From: Caulobacterales bacterium
Lineage (GTDB): Bacteria; Pseudomonadota; Alphaproteobacteria; Caulobacterales; Caulobacteraceae
Assembly (NCBI GenBank): GCA_038327995.1
Contig: JBBQLP010000010.1
Location: 3,851-67,850 of the forward strand
DNA length: 64,000 nt
Reading direction: 5' to 3'
Below the pieces are notes generated by a model. That model saw only the letters and a list, made by a program, of their open reading frames with translations, made no database searches and was not told the origin of the DNA. A program made the translations under genes and the position numbers. Positions 57,121 through 64,000 of the stretch are shown piece after piece (positions within the stretch are counted from its first letter, which is position 1; every line of letters begins with the position of its first letter).

Positions 57121-57993
57121 TTAATGCAGCTTCGGCAGGGTGACGTAGATGAAGGCGAACAGGAACAACCACACCACGTCAACGAAGTGCCAGTACCAGG
57201 CCGCCGCCTCGAACCCGAAATGCTTCTGCGGTGTGAACTGCCCCACCAACACCCGCCACAGGCACACGGCCAGGAAGATGGTGCCGATGATCACGTGAAA
57301 GCCGTGGAAACCCGTGGCCATGAAGAAGGACGAGCCATAGAGCCCGGCATTGGCGCTTTCGGTATTGAAGAACAGCTTCTCCAGGATGATCTCGCGATAT
57401 TCGTAGGCCTGCACCGCAGTGAACGACAGGCCGAGCAGCACCGTCAGGATCAGACCGTTTCTCGCCCCCTTGCGGTCGCCAACCTGCAGGGCGTGGTGCG
57501 CCCAGGTGACGGTGGTGCCGGAGGTGAGCAGAAGCAGGGTGTTGATGAGGGGGAAGTGCCAGGGGTCCAGCACCTCCACTCCCTTGGGCGGCCACTGCGC
57601 CCAGGCGGTGCGCACCTCTTCGATGGCCGAGGCGGTGCGCACGTGATGGAACAGGCTCATCTCGAAGAAGACCCAGAACCAGGCCACGAAGAACATCACC
57701 TCCGAAGCGATGAACAGGATCATGCCATAGCGAAGGCCAATGGAGACGACCGGCGTGTGGTCTCCGCCGCGGCTTTCCTGGATCACTTCAGCCCACCAGG
57801 CGAACATGGTGACAAGGATGCCGAACAGGCCAAGCGCCATCAGCCACCACGTGCCTTTCGGAAGGCCGAACACGCCTTTCACATCGGCGATGATGCCGAC
57901 GGTGAACATGACCGCCGCGATAGAGCCGATCAGCGGCCAGGGGCTCGGATTGACCAGATGGTAGTCGTGATGGACGCCTTCGTGCGAAGCCAT
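57121..57993 (-). CDS. ctaE: cytochrome c oxidase subunit III
   Basis: It starts HDYHLVNPSPWPL. It has seven TM helices and GFHGFHVIIGTIFL, FGFEAAAWYWHFVDVVWLFLF. Confidence 0.94.
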   Translation of the reverse strand: MASHEGVHHDYHLVNPSPWPLIGSIAAVMFTVGIIADVKGVFGLPKGTWWLMALGLFGILVTMFAWWAEVIQESRGGDHTPVVSIGLRYGMILFIASEVMFFVAWFWVFFEMSLFHHVRTASAIEEVRTAWAQWPPKGVEVLDPWHFPLINTLLLLTSGTTVTWAHHALQVGDRKGARNGLILTVLLGLSFTAVQAYEYREIILEKLFFNTESANAGLYGSSFFMATGFHGFHVIIGTIFLAVCLWRVLVGQFTPQKHFGFEAAAWYWHFVDVVWLFLFAFIYVTLPKLH

Positions 57994-58143
57994 GGCCGTT
58001 TGAAAACCCCTCGTCGATTTTAGGTGCTGCGCCGGGGTGCTACCCGCCGCGCGTGCTCGCCTACGCTATAGACTCGCCGCCGCCGTCAAGCCAAGCGCGA
58101 AGCGGTTGGGATTAAACCGTCGCCTTTCTTTTCAGAGTCAATT

Positions 58144-58170
58144 TCATCCTCAGGTCGAGCCCGAGGATGA
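58144..58170. repeat. REP-like GC-rich palindrome
   Basis: The sequence is TCATCCTC-aggtcgagccc-GAGGATGA: an 8-bp perfect arm with inner GG/CC pairs. It lies in the hemF-ctaE spacer and has no flanking U-tract. Confidence 0.5.
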
Positions 58171-58254
58171 CCCCAGAGCTCAGAAAGCGGGACAACTAGG
58201 GCCTGCTGGTTTTCGGCTCCTAGACCGCGAATGATGGATTGGGTGGGGTGGGAC

Positions 58255-59127
58255 TCAAGGCCACGCCACATCAGGCGGTAGCGAACTCAGGATCGACTCC
58301 ACGTTGCCCCCCGTCTTCAAGCCGAACACCGTCCCCCGGTCGTAGAGCAGGTTGAACTCCACGTAGCGGCCGCGCTGGATGCGTTGTTGCAGGCGCTCTT
58401 CGTCGGTCCAGGGCTCGTTCAGATGGCGGCGGCAGATGGCGGTGTAGGCGGCCAGGAACTGGCGTCCCACGTCCTGGGTGAAGGCGAAGTCACGCTCGAA
58501 ATCGCCGGAGTTGTGCCGATCATAGAAGATGCCGCCCGTGCCGCGCGGCTCGTTCCTGTGCGGCAGGAAGAAGTATTCTTCACATTCCGCCTTGAATCTT
58601 GCGTGCCAGGCCGGGTCATGCGCGTCGCAGGCGCGCTGCATGGCGGCGTGGAAGTCCAGCGTATCGGGCGCGTCCTGCCGCCGCTGATCGGCCAGCATGG
58701 GGGTCAGGTCGCCGCCGCCGCCGAACCAGGCTACGGTGGTACAGATGAAGCGGGTGTTCATGTGCGCGGTCGGCATCCGGGGGTTTCTCGGATGCACGAT
58801 CACGCTGACGCCGGTGGCGAAGAAGCGCGGGTCTTCGGACGCGCCCGGCATGGTCCTGGCCATTTCCGGGGTGAAGGTTCCATGCACCACCGAGGTGTGC
58901 ACCCCCGCCTTCTCGAACACTCGACCGCTCAGGATGCCCATTGTGCCCCCCCCGCCCTCGGCCCGCGTCCAGAGCTTCAGCTCGAACCGGCCCGGCGGGC
59001 TTGGGTAGAGGTCCAGGGGCGCCTCGTCTTCGATGGCCTCAAGAACCGCGATCAGGCGAGACTGGAGTTCGCGAAACCAGACTTCGGCGCGCTGCTTGTG
59101 AATTTCGAGTGTGGCGGCTTCAGTCAT
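58255..59127 (-). CDS. hemF: oxygen-dependent coproporphyrinogen III oxidase
   Basis: Motifs: GGGGTMGILSGRVFEKAGV, HPRNPRMPTAHMNTRF, WFGGGGDLTP and RGTGGIFYD. Confidence 0.93.
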   Translation of the reverse strand: MTEAATLEIHKQRAEVWFRELQSRLIAVLEAIEDEAPLDLYPSPPGRFELKLWTRAEGGGGTMGILSGRVFEKAGVHTSVVHGTFTPEMARTMPGASEDPRFFATGVSVIVHPRNPRMPTAHMNTRFICTTVAWFGGGGDLTPMLADQRRQDAPDTLDFHAAMQRACDAHDPAWHARFKAECEEYFFLPHRNEPRGTGGIFYDRHNSGDFERDFAFTQDVGRQFLAAYTAICRRHLNEPWTDEERLQQRIQRGRYVEFNLLYDRGTVFGLKTGGNVESILSSLPPDVAWP

Positions 59128-59139
59128 TGGCTGTGCAAA

Positions 59140-59607
59140 TCACACACCTGCCGATGCGGGAAGTGGAAATCCGCTTACTTGCCTCAGCGCCTCACCCAGA
59201 GCCATGGCGGCGGATACGACCACGTTCAGCGAGCGGGCGGGGGGCCTCAGGGGGATGTAGAGCCGCGTATCGGCGGCGGCGTGCACCTCGTCTGGCGCGC
59301 CCGCACTCTCGCGGCCAAACAACAGCGTATCGTCAGGCTGGAAGGAGAAATGGTGAAAGGGCTGCGCGCCGCTGGTGGTGAACAGGATCAACCGTCCGAA
59401 TTGTGCGCTCTGGAACGCCGCCCATGAGCCGTGACGGCGAATCACTGCGATTTCGCGATAGTCCATCGCCGCACGCGCAAGGGCCTTGTCTGACAACGGG
59501 AAGCCACAGGGCTCGATTATATCGAGCGCAACGCCCATACAGGCGGCCAGCCGGATGGCTCCGCCAAGGTTTTGCGGAATGTCCGGTTGAAAAAGGGCCA
59601 GCCGCAT
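59140..59607 (-). CDS. trmL: tRNA (cytidine/uridine-2'-O)-methyltransferase TrmL (SpoU/TrmH family)
   Basis: The ATG at 59607 gives a 155-aa protein: MRLALFQPDIPQNLGGAIRLAA...LLFGRESAGAP...IPL....RSLNVVVSAAMALGEALRQ. Confidence 0.85.
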   Translation of the reverse strand: MRLALFQPDIPQNLGGAIRLAACMGVALDIIEPCGFPLSDKALARAAMDYREIAVIRRHGSWAAFQSAQFGRLILFTTSGAQPFHHFSFQPDDTLLFGRESAGAPDEVHAAADTRLYIPLRPPARSLNVVVSAAMALGEALRQVSGFPLPASAGV

Positions 59608-59677
59608 TCTAAGCGATCCTCCACGATGCGCATCACTGCGCCGCCTTAGTGACGACATTGAAGCAAGGGACCCGGAC

Positions 59678-60232
59678 GTGGTCGATACCGCTAACACCTA
59701 TACCCACGGCTCGCACGCGCCCGAGGGCGACGCCACCCGCCGCGACTTCATCCACATCGCCGCCGCGACCATGGCGGTGGGCGGTGTCGCCGCGCTGGCC
59801 TGGCCATTGGTGGACCAGATGAATCCGTCAGCGGACACCCTCGCGCTCGCTTCCATAGAATACGATTTCGGCAAGGTCGCGCTGGGTCAGCAGGCAGTGA
59901 TCAAGTGGCGCGGCAAGCCGGTGTTTGTGCGTCACCGCACCCCGGCGGAGATCGCCAAGGCGCGCGCCGACGACCATGCCTCCATGCCCGATCCGCAACT
60001 CGATTCAGCCCGCGTGAAGCCGGGCAAGGATGAATGGCTGATCCTGATCGGCGTCTGCACTCATCTCGGCTGCGTGCCGGGGTTTGGCGGCGGGGATTTC
60101 GGCGGCTGGCTCTGCCCCTGCCATGGATCGGTTTATGATACTTCGGGACGCATCCGCCACGGACCAGCGCCTCTGAACCTCGCCCTGCCCGACTATGCGT
60201 TTACGGGCGGGACCAAGGTGAAGATCGGTTGA
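59678..60232 (+). CDS. petA: ubiquinol-cytochrome c reductase Rieske iron-sulfur subunit
   Basis: It has the Tat motif RRDFI and the Rieske boxes CTHLGC and CPCHGS. The start is a GTG. Confidence 0.93.
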   Translation: MVDTANTYTHGSHAPEGDATRRDFIHIAAATMAVGGVAALAWPLVDQMNPSADTLALASIEYDFGKVALGQQAVIKWRGKPVFVRHRTPAEIAKARADDHASMPDPQLDSARVKPGKDEWLILIGVCTHLGCVPGFGGGDFGGWLCPCHGSVYDTSGRIRHGPAPLNLALPDYAFTGGTKVKIG

Positions 60233-60247
60233 TCGGGGAAGACTGAC

Positions 60248-61573
60248 ATGAGCGGACCATCAACCTACGAGCCCAAAACCGGCATCGAGCGCTGGATCGA
60301 CGCGCGCCTGCCGATAATCCGGTTCGGCGCCGACTATCTCGACCTGCCGACGCCGCGAAACCTGAACTACTGGTGGACCTTCGGGGCGATCCTGACGGTG
60401 ATGCTGGTGGTGCAGATCATCACCGGGGTGATCCTGGCGATGCATTATGTGCCGAACGGCGACATGGCGTTCAACTCGGTCGAGCACATCATGCGCGATG
60501 TGAACTACGGCTGGCTGGTGCGCTATATCCACGCCAACGGCGCCTCGATGTTCTTCCTGGCGGTCTATATCCACATGGCGCGGGGGCTCTATTACGGCTC
60601 ATATAAAGCGCCGCGCGAGATCCTCTGGATCCTCGGCTGCATCATCTACCTCTTGATGATGGCGACAGGCTTCATGGGCTACGTTCTGCCGTGGGGCCAG
60701 ATGAGCTTCGCGGGCGCGGTGGTCATCACCAACCTCTTTTCAGCCTTCGACCAGATCATTCCGGGCCTCGGCACGGCGATCACCACTTGGCTGTGGGGTG
60801 GGTTCGCGGTGGGCGGGGCGACGCTCAACCGCTTCTTCTCGTTGCACTACCTCCTGCCCTTCATGATCGCGGGTGTGGTGGTGCTGCACCTGTGGGCCCT
60901 GCACGTGCCCAATAGCTCCAACCCCACAGGGGTGGAGATCAAGTCGAAGGAAGACACCATTCCCTTCAATCCCTACTACACGGTGAAAGACGGGTTCGCG
61001 ATCGCGTGCTTTTTCATCCTGTTCGCCTGGTTCGTCTTCTTCGCGCCCGAGGCTCTCGGTCACGTGGATAATCAGGTGCCCGCCAACCCGCTGGTGACGC
61101 CCGCGCACATCGTGCCTGAGTGGTATTTCCTGCCCTTCTACGCAATCCTTCGCTCCGTGCCCCAGAAGCTGTTCGGCGTGCTCGCCATGTTCGGGTCTAT
61201 TGGCCTTTTGTTCGTGCTGCCGTGGCTGGACAGATCCAAGGTCCACTCCATGCGCTATCGCCCGACCGCGCGCTGGTTCCTCCTGATCTTCATCGCGGTG
61301 ACGGTGGCGCTGGGCTGGTGCGGCGGCAAGGAACCGGACGACGTCGTCATCACGATGGGCCACCGCCCCAACGGCGACCCGACCGGGTTCTCGGTGGTGT
61401 GGTTCTCGCGCATTCTTTCGATCTATTACTACGCCTACTTCCTCGCGATCCTGCCGCTGCTTGGGTGGTTCGAGAAGACCCTGCCCGTACCCGCCAACAT
61501 CTCCACTCCGGTGCTCACGGGCGGCGCGGCCATGCCCGTCGGTGCGATGGCCGACGCTGAAAAGAAGGGCTGA
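60248..61573 (+). CDS. petB: cytochrome b
   Basis: Motifs: [30 protein letters not shown](V)VITNL, the [13 protein letters not shown] motif. Confidence 0.95.
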   Translation: MSGPSTYEPKTGIERWIDARLPIIRFGADYLDLPTPRNLNYWWTFGAILTVMLVVQIITGVILAMHYVPNGDMAFNSVEHIMRDVNYGWLVRYIHANGASMFFLAVYIHMARGLYYGSYKAPREILWILGCIIYLLMMATGFMGYVLPWGQMSFAGAVVITNLFSAFDQIIPGLGTAITTWLWGGFAVGGATLNRFFSLHYLLPFMIAGVVVLHLWALHVPNSSNPTGVEIKSKEDTIPFNPYYTVKDGFAIACFFILFAWFVFFAPEALGHVDNQVPANPLVTPAHIVPEWYFLPFYAILRSVPQKLFGVLAMFGSIGLLFVLPWLDRSKVHSMRYRPTARWFLLIFIAVTVALGWCGGKEPDDVVITMGHRPNGDPTGFSVVWFSRILSIYYYAYFLAILPLLGWFEKTLPVPANISTPVLTGGAAMPVGAMADAEKKG

Positions 61574-62445
61574 TGTTCATGCTCCGCACCAAGCTGACTG
61601 CGGTCCTCGCCAGCCTCGCCCTTGTCCTCTCGTTCGGTCTGATGTCCGCGGTGCCTGCGTCGGCGCGGACCACGCAGATGGAAATTCCACACATGGACTG
61701 GTCGTTCGAGGGGCCGCTCGGCCGCTTTGATCAGGCCCAGCTCCAGCGAGGCTACAAGGTCTATGCTGAGGTCTGCTCAAGCTGCCATTCGATGAACCTG
61801 ATGTATTACAGGAACCTGTGCCAGCCGAACGGGCCCTTCTACGATCCCAAGCATCCGAACCCCAACAATGCGCCGGTGTGCAAGGCTATTGCGGCGGACA
61901 TCAAGGTGGCGGACATAGACCCGGATACCGGCGACGCGATCCAGCGCCCCGCTACCCCGGCCGACACCTTTAAGAACCCCTTCCCCAATGAGCCCGCCGC
62001 CAGGGCCTCCAACGGCGGGGCTTATCCGCCCGATCTGTCGGTCATGGCCCGCGCCCGCGAAGGTGGCCCGGACTACATCAACGCCATCCTGACCCATTAC
62101 ACAGCCCCGCCTGCGGGCATGACCGTTCCGCCGGGCAAATACTATAACCCCATCATACCGGGCGACATGGGCTCGTCATGGTCCGGCCCGAAAGACAAGG
62201 TTCCAGTAGGCGGCTTCATCGCCATGCCATTCCAGCTCACGCCGGGCCGGGTGCAGTTCGACGACAAGACCCCTTCCACGACAAACCAGATGGCCCGTGA
62301 CGTCTCCGCTTTCCTCGCCTGGAGCGCCGAGCCCAAGCAGACCGAGCGTAAGGAAGCGGGCTTGGCGGTGATGATCTACCTGATCCTGTTCGCCGGGGTG
62401 CTGTGGCTGTCTTACCGCCGCATCTGGAAGAACGTGGCGCACTAG
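61573..62445 (+). CDS. petC: cytochrome c1
   Basis: It has a signal peptide, the heme-binding motif CSSCHS, PPDLS and a C-terminal membrane anchor. It overlaps the petB stop by 1 nt. Confidence 0.93.
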   Translation: MFMLRTKLTAVLASLALVLSFGLMSAVPASARTTQMEIPHMDWSFEGPLGRFDQAQLQRGYKVYAEVCSSCHSMNLMYYRNLCQPNGPFYDPKHPNPNNAPVCKAIAADIKVADIDPDTGDAIQRPATPADTFKNPFPNEPAARASNGGAYPPDLSVMARAREGGPDYINAILTHYTAPPAGMTVPPGKYYNPIIPGDMGSSWSGPKDKVPVGGFIAMPFQLTPGRVQFDDKTPSTTNQMARDVSAFLAWSAEPKQTERKEAGLAVMIYLILFAGVLWLSYRRIWKNVAH

Positions 62446-62452
62446 GTGTGAG

Positions 62453-63355
62453 ATGAGAGGGTCAGCCGCCGCCCTCGTTGTGCTGATCGCGCTACTGGGG
62501 ACGACCTCGACGATGAGCGCTCAGCCCGTTGCGAAAATGGAATGGTCGGACCTGCTCAGCCGTCCGCGCCCGGTGGCGAGCCAGCACCTGTCGTATGGGT
62601 CTGACCCCAATCAGGTGATCGACCTCTGGCTGCCCAAAAGCTCCGGACCGCATCCCGTCGTAGTGATGATACACGGCGGCTGCTGGCTGGCGTCGGTGGC
62701 CAACCATTCGATCATGGACTGGGCGGCGGACGATCTGGCCAAGCGCGGGCTCGCGGTCTGGAACATCGAATATCGCGGCGTCGACCAGCCCGGCGGTGGT
62801 TATCCCGGCACATTCCAGGACGTGGCCGCTGCCATCGACAAGCTCAGCGCCGAGGCGGGCAAGCGCGGCTTGAAACCCGGCCCCTTCGTGGTGCTTGGCC
62901 ATTCGGCGGGGGGGCATCTGGCGCTGTGGTCGGCGGCGCGGAGCAAACTTCCCAAGTCCAGTGTGCTTTGGTCGACGCATCCAACTCCGATCAAGGCTGT
63001 GGTCGACCTCGCGGGGATCGCGAACCTTCAGACCGACCTCGACACCGCCTGCGGCGCTGATCCCGTTCACGCCATGACCGGCCAGTCCACCCCCGCGCGG
63101 CCCGATATCTATGCCGACACCTCCCCCGCTGCGCTCGCGCCATCAGGCGTGCTGACATGGATGATTCACGGCGTTGAGGATGACGTGGTGGTCCCCGCAA
63201 TCGGCGACGCCTACGCCAACCTTGCCCGCAAGCGCGGCGACCACGTTGAGGTGCTGACGCCCCCCGGCGGTCACGTGGAGGTGGTCTCTCCCGGCACGGC
63301 CGCGTGGGCCAAGATTGCAAATCTGACCGTCCGGCTGGCGACCGACAAGCCATGA
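62453..63355 (+). CDS. secreted alpha/beta hydrolase (esterase/lipase-like)
   Basis: It has a signal peptide, the oxyanion motif HGGCW and the nucleophile elbow GHSAGG. A catalytic His candidate is PGGHVE. Confidence 0.8.
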   Translation: MRGSAAALVVLIALLGTTSTMSAQPVAKMEWSDLLSRPRPVASQHLSYGSDPNQVIDLWLPKSSGPHPVVVMIHGGCWLASVANHSIMDWAADDLAKRGLAVWNIEYRGVDQPGGGYPGTFQDVAAAIDKLSAEAGKRGLKPGPFVVLGHSAGGHLALWSAARSKLPKSSVLWSTHPTPIKAVVDLAGIANLQTDLDTACGADPVHAMTGQSTPARPDIYADTSPAALAPSGVLTWMIHGVEDDVVVPAIGDAYANLARKRGDHVEVLTPPGGHVEVVSPGTAAWAKIANLTVRLATDKP

Positions 63356-64000
63356 CCGGTTGGATTCTCGGTGTTATCGGCGGCTCGGGCCTCTACGACA
63401 TCGAGGGGCTTGAGGGACGCGAGGAGATCGAGATCGCATCCCCTTGGGGAACACCCTCTGGACCGTTGGTGCGGGGCAGGCTGTCGGGCGTCGAGGTCGT
63501 CTTCCTGCCGCGCCACGGCATAGGCCACCGGGTCGGCCCGTCACAGATCAACGCCCGCGCCAATATCGACGTCTTGAAGCGCGCGGGTTGCACAGACGTG
63601 CTGTCCTTGTCGGCGGTGGGCAGCCTGCGCGAACACCTGGCTCCGGGAACCTTCGTGGCGGTGGACCAGTATATCGACCGCACAGTGGGGCGCGCCTCCA
63701 GCTTCTTCGGCGAAGGCTGCGTGGTGCACGTTTCGATGGCCGAGCCAGTCTGTTCACGCCTGTCGCGCCTTGTCACTGAAGCCGGACGCCGGGCGGGCGC
63801 GGAAGTGGCCGAGGGCGGGACTTACCTGGCTATGGAAGGGCCGCAGTTCTCCACCCGTGCCGAAAGCCTGCTCTATCGCCAATGGGGCTGCGACGTGATC
63901 GGCATGACCGGGATGCCCGAGGCCAAGCTGGCGCGAGAGGCGGAGCTACCCTACGCCAGCATCTGCATGGTCACAGACTACGACGCCTGGCGCGAGGGCG
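63352..64000 (+). CDS. mtnP: S-methyl-5'-thioadenosine phosphorylase (partial, runs off the window)
   Basis: My own translation from the ATG at 63352 (ATGA overlap with the upstream stop) gives MTGWILGVIGGSGLYDIEGL...FLPRHG.GH...INARANIDVLKRAGC...EGPQFSTRAES...GCDVIGMTGMPEAKLAREAE. It is absent from the ORF track because there is no in-window stop. Confidence 0.88.
   Translation, partial: MTGWILGVIGGSGLYDIEGLEGREEIEIASPWGTPSGPLVRGRLSGVEVVFLPRHGIGHRVGPSQINARANIDVLKRAGCTDVLSLSAVGSLREHLAPGTFVAVDQYIDRTVGRASSFFGEGCVVHVSMAEPVCSRLSRLVTEAGRRAGAEVAEGGTYLAMEGPQFSTRAESLLYRQWGCDVIGMTGMPEAKLAREAELPYASICMVTDYDAWREG

Noticed and set aside
1-64000. Scan for rRNA, tRNA, tmRNA/SRP-like RNAs, CRISPR arrays, IS elements with terminal inverted repeats, integrases and toxin-antitoxin pairs.
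   Set aside because: I found none by eye. Intergenic regions are short apart from those discussed. There are no regularly spaced repeats and no recombinase or transposase-sized ORFs. A covariance-model scan (tRNAscan/Infernal) would be needed to exclude small RNAs definitively.

Overview
This is a high-GC (about two-thirds G+C by eye) alphaproteobacterial chromosome segment with dense coding on both strands. The centre (about 15.5-30.8 kb) is a flagellar regulon. Its gene order is flgL-flgK, divergent from fliK-flgD-flgE, then sciP, fliF-fliG-flbE(fliH)-fliN-flbD, and flhA. This reproduces the classical Caulobacter crescentus class II/III flagellar locus, so the source is most likely a member of the Caulobacterales. 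I can read two divergent sigma54 (-24/-12) promoters between flgK and fliK, a CtrA-type box upstream of fliF, and an intrinsic terminator after sciP. The flanks are mostly housekeeping genes: mnmA, a thiolase, ilvE, pgsA, greA, carB and carA (split by an insertion), ndh, dgkA, thrC, SURF1-ctaE, hemF, trmL, petABC and a partial mtnP. They also carry regulators: Lrp, a MarR-OmpR-histidine kinase operon, ArsR, MucR and an orphan receiver. I saw no rRNA, tRNA, CRISPR array or intact mobile element. I do not see a convincing self-contained novel multi-gene system. The items most worth a second look are: a 602-aa lipoprotein with an approximately 290-residue Gln/Ala/Arg-rich repetitive tail (5711-7519); a Sel1-repeat/prolyl-4-hydroxylase fusion; a lower-GC patch with orphan small ORFs at the left edge; a carB-patatin-small membrane protein operon; several unannotated mini-ORFs; and three sharply AT-rich intergenic islands, two of them upstream of sciP and mucR. 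All family calls rest on motifs I recognise by eye. No database search was run.
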